A stretch of 64,000 nt of DNA. It comes from Escherichia coli. GTDB lineage: Bacteria; Pseudomonadota; Gammaproteobacteria; Enterobacterales; Enterobacteriaceae. Position 1 is the stretch's first letter. Each line of letters starts with the position of its first letter. The stretch lies in the NCBI RefSeq assembly GCF_003018255.1, contig NZ_CP027440.1. The stretch is one strand, 5' to 3'. Positions 39,585-51,040 of this stretch are shown one piece after another. The notes beneath the pieces were generated by a model. The model saw only the letters and a list, made by a program, of their open reading frames with translations, was not told the origin of the DNA and ran no database searches. The position numbers were made by a program, and so were the translations under genes.

Positions 39585-40191
39585 ATGACTATGACAAGAC
39601 TGAAGATTTCGAAAACTCTGCTGGCTGTAATGTTGACCTCTGCCGTCGCGACCGGCTCTGCCTACGCGGAAAACAACGCACAGACTACCAATGAAAGCGC
39701 AGGGCAAAAAGTCGATAGCTCTATGAATAAAGTCGGTAATTTCATGGATGACAGCGCCATCACCGCGAAAGTGAAGGCGGCGCTGGTGGATCATGACAAC
39801 ATCAAGAGCACCGATATCTCTGTCAAAACCGATCAAAAAGTCGTGACCCTGAGCGGTTTCGTTGAAAGCCAGGCTCAGGCCGAAGAGGCAGTGAAAGTGG
39901 CGAAAGGCGTTGAAGGGGTGACCTCTGTCAGCGACAAACTGCACGTTCGCGACGCTAAAGAAGGCTCGGTGAAGGGCTACGCGGGTGACACCGCCACCAC
40001 CAGTGAAATCAAAGCCAAACATGCTGGCGGACGATATCGTCCCTTCCCGTCATGTGAAAGTTGAAACCACCGACGGCGTGGTTCAGCTCTCCGGTACCGT
40101 CGATTCCCAGGCACAGAGCGACCGTGCTGAAAGTATCGCCAAAGCGGTAGATGGTGTGAAAAGCGTTAAAAATGATCTGAAAACTAAGTAA
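39585..40191 (+). pseudogene. osmY: osmY (periplasmic BON-domain stress protein) interrupted by a +1 frameshift
   Basis: Frame 1 reads [28 protein letters not shown]...TSEIKAK, then an out-of-frame tail that stops at 40064. The rest ([24 protein letters not shown]...NDLKTK) continues in the +1 frame to 40191. The total span is 607 nt, which is 202 codons plus 1. The extra base is near 40021 (aaacAtgctggcg). Confidence 0.8.
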
Positions 40192-40317
40192 TTCGTCGTA
40201 ATTCGTCCTCCCGAACTTTGTCGGGAGGCGCGATGTGCACCACACTAAAAATATCGCATTGAGTGATTTTCACGCTCATATCAAGCGGTGACATTAACTA
40301 TGGTAAAGGAGACGCTT

Positions 40318-40479
40318 ATGTTTCGTTGGGGCATCATATTTCTGGTTATCGCGTTAATCGCCGCCGCACTTGGGTTTGGTGGTCTGGCCGGTACCGCTGC
40401 AGGCGCAGCTAAAATTGTCTTTGTCGTCGGGATTATTCTGTTCCTGGTGAGTTTGTTCATGGGCCGAAAACGACCCTAG
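40318..40479 (+). CDS. ytjA: DUF1328 small membrane protein (53 aa)
   Basis: AAGGAG Shine-Dalgarno, then [53 protein letters not shown]. Confidence 0.88.
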
Positions 40480-40507
40480 ATTTCAGACCATTAAGAAAAT
40501 TTTATCC

Positions 40508-40533
40508 AAAGCCAGTCCAGCGGACTGGCTTTT
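40508..40533 (+). terminator. ytjA rho-independent terminator
   Basis: AAAGCCAGTCC-agcg-GGACTGGCTTT followed by TGCGGTTTT. Confidence 0.8.
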
Positions 40534-40600
40534 GCGGTTTTAGCGAATAATAAATTGCGTTACTTTGTCATTCTTTCACAACAAAAACAGGAAGGCAGAG

Positions 40601-41674
40601 GTGGGGCAGCGAATACCTGTAACGCTTGGTAATATTGCGCCGTTGTCGCTAAGGCCGTTCCAGCCTGGACGAATAGCTCTGGTGTGCGAAGGCGGCGGAC
40701 AGCGTGGAATTTTCACGGCTGGCGTGCTGGATGAGTTTATGCGCGCGCAGTTTAATCCTTTCGATCTTTATCTCGGCACATCTGCCGGGGCGCAGAACCT
40801 CTCGGCGTATATCTGCAATCAGCCCGGTTACGCGCGCAAAGTCATCATGCGCTATACCACAAAACGCGAATTTTTCGATCCATTGCGCTTTGTCCGTGGA
40901 GGAAATCTTATCGATCTCGACTGGCTGGTGGAGGCCACTGCAAGCCAGATGCCGTTGCAAATGGATACCGCCGCGCGGTTGTTTGACAGCGGCAAATCGT
41001 TTTATATGTGCGCCTGTCGTCAGGATGACTATGCGCCGAATTACTTTTTACCAACCAAACAAAACTGGCTGGATGTGATTCGCGCCTCCAGTGCGATACC
41101 TGGCTTTTATCGTAGCGGAGTGTCGCTGGAAGGCATTAACTACCTGGATGGCGGGATCAGTGATGCGATTCCGGTTAAAGAGGCGGCAAGGCAGGGAGCA
41201 AAAACCTTGGTCGTCATCCGCACCGTGCCGTCGCAAATGTACTACACGCCGCAGTGGTTCAAACGCATGGAACGCTGGCTGGGTGACAGTAGCCTGCAGC
41301 CGCTGGTCAATCTGGTGCAGCATCATGAAACCAGCTATCGTGACATTCAGCAATTTATTGAGAAACCACCGGGCCAGCTGCGGATATTCGAAATTTATCC
41401 GCCGAAGCCGTTGCATAGTATCGCGCTTGGCAGTCGGATTCCGGCGCTGCGTGAAGACTATAAACTTGGGCGTTTATGCGGTCGTTATTTTCTGGCAACG
41501 GTCGGTAAGTTATTGACTGAAAAAGCGCCGCTTACCCGCCATCTGGTGCCGGTGGTGACGCCGGAATCGATTGTCATTCCGCCTGCGCCAGTCGCCAACG
41601 ATACGCTGGTTGCCGAAGTGATCGACGCTCCGCAGGCGAACGACCCGACATTTAACAATGAGGATCTGGCTTGA
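40601..41674 (+). CDS. yjjU: Patatin-like phospholipase family protein
   Basis: GTG start at 40601. It has the oxyanion motif GGGQRG and the nucleophile elbow GTSAG. 357 aa. Confidence 0.9.
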   Translation: MGQRIPVTLGNIAPLSLRPFQPGRIALVCEGGGQRGIFTAGVLDEFMRAQFNPFDLYLGTSAGAQNLSAYICNQPGYARKVIMRYTTKREFFDPLRFVRGGNLIDLDWLVEATASQMPLQMDTAARLFDSGKSFYMCACRQDDYAPNYFLPTKQNWLDVIRASSAIPGFYRSGVSLEGINYLDGGISDAIPVKEAARQGAKTLVVIRTVPSQMYYTPQWFKRMERWLGDSSLQPLVNLVQHHETSYRDIQQFIEKPPGQLRIFEIYPPKPLHSIALGSRIPALREDYKLGRLCGRYFLATVGKLLTEKAPLTRHLVPVVTPESIVIPPAPVANDTLVAEVIDAPQANDPTFNNEDLA

Positions 41675-42450
41675 TTTGCCGTTTTATCGACACCCACTGC
41701 CATTTTGATTTCCCGCCTTTTAGTGGTGATGAAGAGGCCAGCCTGCAACGCGCGGCACAAGCGGGCGTAGGCAAGATCATTGTTCCGGCGACAGAGGCGG
41801 AAAATTTTGCCCGCGTGCAGGCGTTAGCGGAAAAATATCAACCGCTGTATGCCGCATTGGGCTTGCATCCTGGTATGTTGAAAAAACATAGCGATGTGTC
41901 TCTTGATCAGCTACAGCAGGCGCTGGAAAGGCGTCCGGCGAAGGTGGTGGCGGTGGGGGAGATCGGTCTGGATCTCTTCGGCGACGATCCGCAATTTGAG
42001 AGGCAGCAGTGGTTACTCGACGAACAACTGAAACTGGCGAAACGCTACGATCTGCCGGTGATCCTGCATTCACGGCGCACACACGACAAACTGGCGATGC
42101 ATCTTAAACGCCACGATTTGCCACGCACTGGCGTGGTTCACGGTTTTTCCGGCAGCCTGCAACAGGCCGAAAGGTTTGTACTGCTGGGCTACAAAATCGG
42201 CGTAGGCGGTACTATCACCTATCCACGCGCCAGTAAAACCCGCGATGTCATCGCAAAATTACCGCTGGCATCGTTGTTGCTGGAAACCGACGCGCCGGAT
42301 ATGCCGCTCAACGGCTTTCAGGGGCAGCCTAACCGCCCGGAACAGGCTGCGCGGGTGTTTGACGTACTTTGCGAGTTACGCCCGGAACCAGAAGATGAGA
42401 TTGCCGAAGTGTTGCTAAATAATACGTATACGTTGTTTAACGTGCCGTAG
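41671..42450 (+). CDS. yjjV: TatD-family metal-dependent deoxyribonuclease
   Basis: The TTG start overlaps the yjjU stop. The N-terminus is FIDTHCHFD, 259 aa. Confidence 0.9.
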   Translation: MICRFIDTHCHFDFPPFSGDEEASLQRAAQAGVGKIIVPATEAENFARVQALAEKYQPLYAALGLHPGMLKKHSDVSLDQLQQALERRPAKVVAVGEIGLDLFGDDPQFERQQWLLDEQLKLAKRYDLPVILHSRRTHDKLAMHLKRHDLPRTGVVHGFSGSLQQAERFVLLGYKIGVGGTITYPRASKTRDVIAKLPLASLLLETDAPDMPLNGFQGQPNRPEQAARVFDVLCELRPEPEDEIAEVLLNNTYTLFNVP

Positions 42451-42668
42451 GCCGGATAAGGCGTTCACGCCGCATCCGGCAGTTGGCGCACAATGCCTGA
42501 TGCGACGCTTGACGCGTCTTATCATGCCTACAAGTCTGTGCCGAACCGTAGGCCGGATAAGGCGTTCACGCCGCATCCGGCAGCTGGCGCACAATGCCTG
42601 ATGCGACGCTTGACGCATCTTATCATGCCTACAGGTCTGTGCCGATCCGTAGGCCGTATCCGGCATGT
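42447..42668. repeat. BIME: about 2.2 tandem copies of a 101-bp unit, each holding two REP elements
   Basis: gtaggccggataaggcgttcacgccgcatccggca ... gcctgatgcgacgcttgacgcgtcttatcatgcctac recurs at 42447, 42548 and, partially, 42649. Confidence 0.9.
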
Positions 42669-43531
42669 CACAAATATAGCGCCGGAAATATTAACCGGCT
42701 CACCCCGCGCTCCCATAACGCATCAGCCAGTTGTTCCACATCCTCCGGCGTGGCGCTCGGCCAGCTTTGCGCCTCGCCATACACGCCGTGGGCATGAAAC
42801 GCGTTCAGGCGTACCGGAACATCGCCAAGTCCCTTGATTAACGCCGCCAGTTCTTCGATGTGTTGCAAATAATCCACCTGGCCAGGGATTACCAGCAAAC
42901 GCAGTTCCGCCAGCTTACCGCGCTCTGCCAGCAAACAGATGCTGCGCTTGATCTGCTGATTATCGCGTCCGGTTAATTGCTGATGACATTCGCTCCCCCA
43001 CGCTTTGAGATCGAGCATTGCGCCGTCGCACACCGGAAGCAATTTTTCCCAGCCGGTTTCGCTCAACATGCCATTACTGTCCACCAGACAGGTGAGGTGG
43101 CGCAGTTGCGGATCGTTTTTGATAGCAGTAAACAGCGCCACCACAAACGGTAGCTGGGTCGTGGCTTCGCCGCCGCTTACCGTTATCCCTTCGATAAACA
43201 GCACTGCTTTGCGGATATGGCTAAGCACCTCATCCACGCTCATGGACTGCGCCATTGGCGTGGCATGTTGCGGACACATCTTCAGGCAGGTATCACATTG
43301 CTCGCAGACCACAGCGTTCCACACCACTTTGCCGTCGACAATCTGCAACGCCTGATGCGGACACTGCGGCACGCACTCTCCGCAATCATTACAGCGCCCC
43401 ATCGTCCACGGATTGTGACAGTTTTTGCAGCGCAGATTGCAGCCCTGCAAAAACAGAGCCAGACGACTGCCTGGCCCGTCAACGCAGGAGAAGGGGATAA
43501 TCTTACTGACTAAAGCGCATCTGCTGTTCAT
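42668..43531 (-). CDS. yjjW: Glycyl-radical enzyme activating protein (radical SAM)
   Basis: 287 aa with the radical SAM motif CNLRCKNC (Cx3Cx2C) plus two ferredoxin-like clusters ([24 protein letters not shown]). Confidence 0.92.
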   Translation of the reverse strand: MNSRCALVSKIIPFSCVDGPGSRLALFLQGCNLRCKNCHNPWTMGRCNDCGECVPQCPHQALQIVDGKVVWNAVVCEQCDTCLKMCPQHATPMAQSMSVDEVLSHIRKAVLFIEGITVSGGEATTQLPFVVALFTAIKNDPQLRHLTCLVDSNGMLSETGWEKLLPVCDGAMLDLKAWGSECHQQLTGRDNQQIKRSICLLAERGKLAELRLLVIPGQVDYLQHIEELAALIKGLGDVPVRLNAFHAHGVYGEAQSWPSATPEDVEQLADALWERGVSRLIFPALYL

Positions 43532-45053
43532 GGCTTATCACGCGCGGCTGGCGTTCCAGAATACGAGTGTTGCGTGCGGCTTCTTCTCCCAGCCAGGTGG
43601 TGTTGGTGCGTGAACCTTCGGCGCGATATTTTTCTAAATCCGACAAACGCACCATATAACCGGTAACGCGAACCAGATCGTTACCGCTGACATTGGCGGT
43701 AAATTCACGCATTCCGGCTTTAAAGGCACCGAGGCAAAGCTGTACCAGCGCCTGCGGATTACGTTTGATGGTTTCGTCGAGCGTCAGAATGTCGCTGATG
43801 CCGGAATAATAATAAGCATGATGCGGGGCGACAGTTTGCAGATGGGTAATCGGATCTGGCTCATCACCATACGGCAAGCGTGCGCCAGGCGTGGTGCCGA
43901 TATCGGAACTGATCCCCGACTGTGCGTGTAGCATGGCGCGTTTTTGCCAGCCATATTTCACGGGGGTATTGGCGACAAACTCCGCCAGTTGTGCGCTGAT
44001 GCGATAACCCACTTCATTTGCGGCGGCTTCTTTACCGTAGCGCGCGGCAATCCCTTCTTTCTCACACAGCAAGTTAACTGCTTCCGCCAATCCGTACATG
44101 CCAAACATTGGCACAAAACGTTCAGGGTTAATCAGCCCTTCTTTCACCAGGAAGCTATTCTCAAAGAAGTGTGATTGTTGATAGAGGAATTCACACCGCG
44201 CATCGATGATGGCGATCTGCTGCTGGCAGTAGTGCGGTAGAGTGCGTGTAAAGAAGTCATCCAGCGATTCACTGCGCTCGGCAATGGCTTTCAGGTTAAG
44301 GCGTACCAGCGTGCTGCCACCACCCGCCAGCGGCAGTGAGTTGTAACAGCTCACAATCCCGTAGCCCCCTTTTGTGAAAATTTTATCATGCACCGGACCG
44401 TTGGCGATGTGCGGTTTGCTACATTCACAGAGGTTCTTCGCCACTTCCAGCAGTAGGTCATCAGGGGTGATTTCAGGATCGTAGATAAAGGTCAGGTTCG
44501 GTGAAACCTGCTTCAACTCTGCGTCTGCACGTAAGATCGCGCGGGTAATGGGCGAATCAGACGGGCCGATATTGGCGTGCATAAAGGCGTCTGGCAGGGT
44601 TCTGTCGAGGTAACGCCAGAAACGTTTTATTCGAATATCGATCTCGTCTTGTGTTAGAATTCTAACATACGGTTGCAACAACGCATCCAGTTGCCCCAGG
44701 TAGACCGGCATCGATGTGACCGATGGTACGTGGTGGTAAAGAATGGTCAGCAGAGAGAGTGCATCATCAAGATCTTTCGCGCCTTCCAGCTCCAGCCATT
44801 CGGAACCGTTCGCCAGAAAACGGGCGTAATCGGGTAAGACATAGCGCGGTTTGTACGGCGCATGACCTTCAAACATATCGCAGATTACACCTTCATCCAG
44901 CGCGCGGCGGGCTTCGGCAGGAAGCTGTGGGTAAGGCAGATTGTTTTCTGCTTCCAGTGCCAGAAAATGGCGCTTCTGCTCCGGGCTAAGTACCGGGCTG
45001 GTGACAATTTGCTGGCAACGTTGTTGCAGTGCATTTTCATGAGAAGTGGGCAT
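43503..45053 (-). CDS. yjjI: YjjI-family short glycyl-radical enzyme, substrate unknown
   Basis: 516 aa with a C-terminal glycyl radical fingerprint RVTGY (…[13 protein letters not shown]…). It overlaps yjjW by 29 nt. Confidence 0.9.
   Translation of the reverse strand: MPTSHENALQQRCQQIVTSPVLSPEQKRHFLALEAENNLPYPQLPAEARRALDEGVICDMFEGHAPYKPRYVLPDYARFLANGSEWLELEGAKDLDDALSLLTILYHHVPSVTSMPVYLGQLDALLQPYVRILTQDEIDIRIKRFWRYLDRTLPDAFMHANIGPSDSPITRAILRADAELKQVSPNLTFIYDPEITPDDLLLEVAKNLCECSKPHIANGPVHDKIFTKGGYGIVSCYNSLPLAGGGSTLVRLNLKAIAERSESLDDFFTRTLPHYCQQQIAIIDARCEFLYQQSHFFENSFLVKEGLINPERFVPMFGMYGLAEAVNLLCEKEGIAARYGKEAAANEVGYRISAQLAEFVANTPVKYGWQKRAMLHAQSGISSDIGTTPGARLPYGDEPDPITHLQTVAPHHAYYYSGISDILTLDETIKRNPQALVQLCLGAFKAGMREFTANVSGNDLVRVTGYMVRLSDLEKYRAEGSRTNTTWLGEEAARNTRILERQPRVISHEQQMRFSQ
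44373..44388. promoter_or_regulatory. DeoR operator O_E
   Basis: TGTGAAAATTTTATCA matches the 16-bp DeoR palindrome at 12 of 16 positions. It lies exactly 279 bp upstream of O1, as I remember for K-12. Confidence 0.6.
44652..44667. promoter_or_regulatory. DeoR operator O1 (deoP1)
   Basis: Perfect palindrome TGTTAGAATTCTAACA, 599 bp upstream of O2 (the published O1-O2 spacing, from memory). It lies inside the yjjI coding sequence. Confidence 0.8.
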
Positions 45054-45164
45054 CTTCTTTTCCTTTTATGCCGAAGGTGATGCGCCATTGTAAGAAGTTT
45101 CGTGATGTTCACTTTGATCCTGATGCGTTTGCCACCACTGACGCATTCATTTGAAAGTGAATTA

Positions 45165-45237
45165 TTTGAACCAGATCGCATTACAGTGATGCAAACTTGT
45201 AAGTAGATTTCCTTAATTGTGATGTATATCGAAGTGT
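45165..45237 (+). promoter_or_regulatory. deoP2 CRP/CytR regulatory region (two CRP-like sites about 52 bp apart)
   Basis: TTTGAaccagaTCGCA (45165-45180) and TGTGAtgtataTCGAA (45218-45233). The tandem CRP sites that flank CytR binding are a known feature of deoP2. Confidence 0.55.
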
Positions 45238-45250
45238 GTTGCGGAGTAGA

Positions 45251-45266
45251 TGTTAGAATACTAACA
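45251..45266. promoter_or_regulatory. DeoR operator O2 (deoP2)
   Basis: TGTTAGAATACTAACA, a near-perfect palindrome 45 bp upstream of the deoC start. Confidence 0.8.
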
Positions 45267-45310
45267 AACTCGCAAGGTGAATTTTATTGGCGACAAGCCA
45301 GGAGAATGAA

Positions 45311-46090
45311 ATGACTGATCTGAAAGCAAGCAGCCTGCGTGCACTGAAATTGATGGACCTGACCACCCTGAATGACGACGACACCGACGAGAAAGTAATT
45401 GCTCTGTGTCATCAGGCCAAAACTCCGGTCGGCAATACCGCCGCTATCTGTATCTATCCTCGCTTTATCCCAATTGCTCGCAAAACGCTGAAAGAGCAGG
45501 GTACCCCGGAAATCCGTATCGCTACGGTAACCAACTTCCCACACGGTAACGACGACATCGAAATCGCGCTGGCAGAAACCCGTGCGGCAATCGCCTACGG
45601 TGCTGATGAAGTTGACGTTGTGTTCCCGTACCGCGCGCTGATGGCGGGTAACGAGCAGGTTGGTTTTGACCTGGTGAAAGCCTGTAAAGAGGCTTGCGCG
45701 GCAGCGAATGTACTGCTGAAAGTGATCATCGAAACCGGCGAACTAAAAGACGAAGCGCTGATCCGTAAAGCGTCTGAAATCTCCATCAAAGCGGGTGCGG
45801 ACTTCATCAAAACCTCTACCGGTAAAGTGGCTGTGAACGCGACGCCGGAAAGCGCGCGCATCATGATGGAAGTGATCCGTGATATGGGCGTAGAAAAAAC
45901 CGTTGGTTTCAAACCGGCGGGCGGCGTGCGTACTGCGGAAGATGCGCAGAAATATCTCGCCATCGCCGATGAACTGTTCGGTGCTGACTGGGCTGATGCG
46001 CGTCACTACCGCTTTGGTGCTTCCAGCCTGCTGGCAAGCCTGCTGAAAGCTCTGGGCCACGGCGACGGTAAGAGCGCCAGCAGCTACTAA
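45311..46090 (+). CDS. deoC: Deoxyribose-phosphate aldolase
   Basis: AGGAGAA Shine-Dalgarno, then [29 protein letters not shown]..., 259 aa. Confidence 0.97.
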
Positions 46091-46167
46091 GGCTTGATTT
46101 GCCGGATGATGCAGCGATGCTCATCCGGTTCCCCGATTACCTCGTCTCTTTTCCACGGGAGGTTACC

Positions 46168-47490
46168 TTGTTTCTCGCACAAGAAATTATTCGTAAAAAA
46201 CGTGATGGTCATGCGCTGAGCGATGAAGAAATTCGTTTCTTTATCAACGGTATTCGCGACAACACTATCTCCGAAGGGCAGATTGCCGCCCTCGCGATGA
46301 CCATTTTCTTCCACGATATGACAATGCCTGAGCGTGTCTCGCTGACCATGGCTATGCGAGATTCAGGAACCGTTCTCGACTGGAAAAGCCTGCATCTGAA
46401 TGGCCCGATTGTTGATAAACACTCGACCGGCGGCGTCGGCGATGTCACTTCGCTGATGTTGGGGCCGATGGTCGCAGCCTGCGGCGGCTATATTCCGATG
46501 ATCTCCGGTCGCGGCCTCGGTCATACTGGCGGTACGCTCGACAAACTGGAATCCATCCCTGGCTTCGACATTTTCCCGGATGACAACCGTTTCCGCGAAA
46601 TTATTAAAGACGTCGGCGTGGCGATTATCGGCCAGACCAGCTCACTGGCTCCGGCGGATAAACGTTTCTACGCGACCCGTGATATTACCGCAACCGTGGA
46701 CTCCATCCCGCTGATCACTGCCTCTATTCTGGCGAAGAAACTGGCGGAAGGTCTGGACGCGCTGGTGATGGACGTGAAAGTAGGTAGCGGCGCGTTTATG
46801 CCGACCTACGAACTCTCTGAAGCCCTTGCCGAAGCGATTGTTGGCGTGGCTAACGGCGCTGGCGTGCGCACCACCGCGCTGCTCACCGATATGAATCAGG
46901 TACTGGCCTCCAGTGCAGGTAACGCGGTTGAAGTTCGTGAAGCGGTGCAGTTCCTGACGGGTGAATATCGTAACCCGCGTCTGTTTGATGTCACGATGGC
47001 ACTGTGCGTGGAGATGCTGATCTCCGGCAAACTGGCGAAAAATGACGCCGAAGCGCGCGCGAAATTGCAGGCGGTGCTGGACAACGGTAAAGCGGCAGAA
47101 GTCTTTGGTCGTATGGTCGCGGCACAAAAAGGCCCGACCGACTTCGTTGAGAACTACGCGAAGTATCTGCCGACAGCGATGCTGACGAAAGCAGTCTATG
47201 CTGATACCGAAGGGTTTGTCAGTGAAATGGATACCCGCGCACTGGGGATGGCAGTGGTTGCAATGGGCGGCGGACGCCGTCAGGCATCTGACACCATCGA
47301 TTACAGCGTCGGCTTTACTGATATGGCGCGTCTGGGCGACCAGGTAGACGGTCAGCGTCCGCTGGCAGTTATCCACGCGAAAGACGAAAACAGCTGGCAG
47401 GAAGCGGCGAAAGCGGTGAAAGCGGCAATTAAACTTGCCGATAAAGCACCGGAAAGCACACCAACTGTCTATCGCCGTATCAGCGAATAA
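46168..47490 (+). CDS. deoA: Thymidine phosphorylase
   Basis: TTG start at 46168 after a GGGAGG Shine-Dalgarno. The product begins (M)[21 protein letters not shown]..., 440 aa. Confidence 0.95.
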
Positions 47491-47520
47491 CGGTATACTG
47501 ATCTGATCATTTAAATTTGA

Positions 47521-48765
<1,245 letters not shown>

Positions 48766-48821
48766 TGGATTTGGGCGGAGCAGTGACTCCGCCTTTAATA
48801 TGTCACAAAAAGGATAAAACG

Positions 48822-49541
48822 ATGGCTACTCCACACATTAATGCAGAAATGGGCGATTTTGCTGACGTAGTTTTGATGCCAGGCGACCCGCTGCGTGCGA
48901 AGTATATTGCTGAAACTTTCCTTGAAGATGCCCGTGAAGTGAACAACGTTCGCGGTATGCTGGGCTTCACCGGTACTTATAAAGGCCGCAAAATTTCCGT
49001 AATGGGTCACGGTATGGGTATCCCGTCCTGCTCCATCTACACCAAAGAACTGATCACCGATTTCGGCGTGAAGAAAATTATCCGCGTAGGTTCCTGTGGT
49101 GCTGTTCTGCCGCACGTAAAACTGCGTGACGTCGTTATCGGTATGGGTGCCTGCACCGATTCCAAAGTTAACCGCATCCGTTTTAAAGACCATGACTTTG
49201 CCGCTATCGCTGACTTCGACATGGTGCGTAACGCGGTAGACGCGGCAAAAGCACTGGGCGTTGATGCTCGCGTTGGTAACCTGTTCTCCGCTGACCTGTT
49301 CTACTCTCCGGACGGCGAAATGTTCGACGTGATGGAAAAATACGGCATCCTCGGCGTGGAAATGGAAGCGGCTGGTATCTACGGCGTCGCTGCAGAATTT
49401 GGCGCGAAAGCCCTGACCATCTGCACCGTGTCTGACCACATCCGCACTCACGAGCAGACCACTGCCGCTGAGCGTCAGACCACCTTCAACGACATGATCA
49501 AAATCGCGCTGGAATCCGTTCTGCTGGGCGATAAAGAGTAA
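48822..49541 (+). CDS. deoD: Purine nucleoside phosphorylase
   Basis: [31 protein letters not shown]..., 239 aa from ATG 48822. Confidence 0.97.
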   Translation: MATPHINAEMGDFADVVLMPGDPLRAKYIAETFLEDAREVNNVRGMLGFTGTYKGRKISVMGHGMGIPSCSIYTKELITDFGVKKIIRVGSCGAVLPHVKLRDVVIGMGACTDSKVNRIRFKDHDFAAIADFDMVRNAVDAAKALGVDARVGNLFSADLFYSPDGEMFDVMEKYGILGVEMEAAGIYGVAAEFGAKALTICTVSDHIRTHEQTTAAERQTTFNDMIKIALESVLLGDKE

Positions 49542-49572
49542 TTGTGTTTTGCTGAAAGGCGATTGTCGTGTG

Positions 49573-49603
49573 AAGCCGGAGTGGGAGACTGCTCCGGCTT
49601 TTT
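49573..49603 (+). terminator. deo operon rho-independent terminator
   Basis: AAGCCGGAG-tgggagactg-CTCCGGCTT followed by TTT. Confidence 0.85.
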
Positions 49604-49701
49604 AGTATTTATTCATCAATAGCAACTGATTTATAGATTTACTATTATTTTTCATATGGATAGAAAATAAAATCCATTCAAGTATCTATTCACGAATCTA
49701 T

Positions 49702-49965
49702 TCATTTATGTTCAGCCGTCATCCAGGAAGGGCATATCAGCAACTCTGGTGGACAACCATAAATTCCTGCCATTTTGCTTTTGATGTTTGAACTAAGCCG
49801 TTCCGTCTTTTCGATCTGTTTTAGAGAATTAATGGAGATACCTAACATTTTACTTACTTCAGCAAGTGATAGTTTATGCCTGATACGCACGGCGGTTAGC
49901 CAGGATATACCCTGGCTGAACATTAAATTGATAATCTCCCGTTCCTGGTTTTCCAGATCGATCAT
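49702..49965 (-). CDS. Small XRE-family helix-turn-helix protein (87 aa), orphan
   Basis: The HTH reads LSLAEVSKMLGISINSLKQIEKTE. A GGAAGGA Shine-Dalgarno precedes ATG 49965. The gene is AT-rich and lies 31 bp downstream of lplA on the same strand. I remember K-12 carrying the hipA-like yjjJ on the opposite strand here. Confidence 0.65.
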   Translation of the reverse strand: MIDLENQEREIINLMFSQGISWLTAVRIRHKLSLAEVSKMLGISINSLKQIEKTERLSSNIKSKMAGIYGCPPELLICPSWMTAEHK

Positions 49966-49996
49966 ATTTCCTTCCCTGGATATTTTAATCAGCGAG

Positions 49997-51013
49997 TTAC
50001 CTTACCGCCCCTGCCATCCACGCTGACAACTCCCGTAGCTCTTTTTCCTGTTCCGGGAAGTCAACCAGCAGCGCTTCGCACTCCTGTTGCAGCATATCCG
50101 CGCGGTACAGACAGCCTTGCAGTCGCCCGGCGAGGGCTTCCAGCGGCGCGGGGTTGAGACTGTCGGTAAACACCTGGGCGCGGGTGATATGGCCTTTTTC
50201 AACGTCGAAATGCAGTTCCACGCCGCCCCAGGTAAAGCGTTCATCCAGCAGATGCGAGAATGCCGGAGCCTGACCGAAGTTCCATTCCCAGCTACTCTGG
50301 CGGGCAAAGGTTTCGGCGAAGTTTGGCAAGTCTGGCGTTTTGTCCGGGGAGATGATTTCCGCTTCCACGCGCTCGCCATAATGGGCGAAAAAGGCCTCGG
50401 TTATGGCCTCGCAAACCTGCTCATGGGTGATCCCCGGTAGCAATTCGGTCAGATTGGTCACGCGGGAACGCACTGAGGTAATGCCTTTCGCCGCCAGTTT
50501 CTTTTTATCCGGATTGAGATAGTTTGCCAGGCGGCTAAGGTCGGAATTGAGCAGCAAAGTGCCGTGGTGGAAGCCACGATCTTTGGTTTCGCGATAGGCC
50601 GAGCCTGAGACTTTGCGATCGCCTTCGGCGGTTTTCACCACCAGATCGTTACGCCCGGAAGCTTCGGCGCTGACGCCGAGCGCGTTCAGCGCATTGAGCA
50701 CAATCGACGTGGAGATGGTTTTATCGTACTCCGGCTTGCCAGCCATAAAGGTAAAACAGGTATTGCCGAGATCGTGGAACACTGCGCCGCCACCGCTACT
50801 GCGCCGCGCCAGGCGGACGTTATCTTCTTCCATCCGCCGGGTATTACACTCTTTCCACGGGTTCTGCGCGCGACCAATCACTACCGTGTCGGCATTGCGC
50901 CAGAGAAACAGAACGCGCTGCGTAGCCGGCATCTGGCGAAAAATACACTCCTCTACCGCCAGGTTAAACCACGGGTCGTAAGAGTCAGAGATGAGCAGGC
51001 GTAATGTGGACAT
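49997..51013 (-). CDS. lplA: Lipoate-protein ligase A
   Basis: 338 aa, [29 protein letters not shown]... . Confidence 0.97.
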   Translation of the reverse strand: MSTLRLLISDSYDPWFNLAVEECIFRQMPATQRVLFLWRNADTVVIGRAQNPWKECNTRRMEEDNVRLARRSSGGGAVFHDLGNTCFTFMAGKPEYDKTISTSIVLNALNALGVSAEASGRNDLVVKTAEGDRKVSGSAYRETKDRGFHHGTLLLNSDLSRLANYLNPDKKKLAAKGITSVRSRVTNLTELLPGITHEQVCEAITEAFFAHYGERVEAEIISPDKTPDLPNFAETFARQSSWEWNFGQAPAFSHLLDERFTWGGVELHFDVEKGHITRAQVFTDSLNPAPLEALAGRLQGCLYRADMLQQECEALLVDFPEQEKELRELSAWMAGAVR

Positions 51014-51040
51014 AACGATTTCCTTTCTTGTAGTAATGGG

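Noticed and set aside
42415-42837. Several 60-115-aa ORFs (both strands) over 42415-42837
   Set aside because: They are encoded by REP/BIME repeats and the 3' end of yjjW, so they are repeat-derived artefacts.
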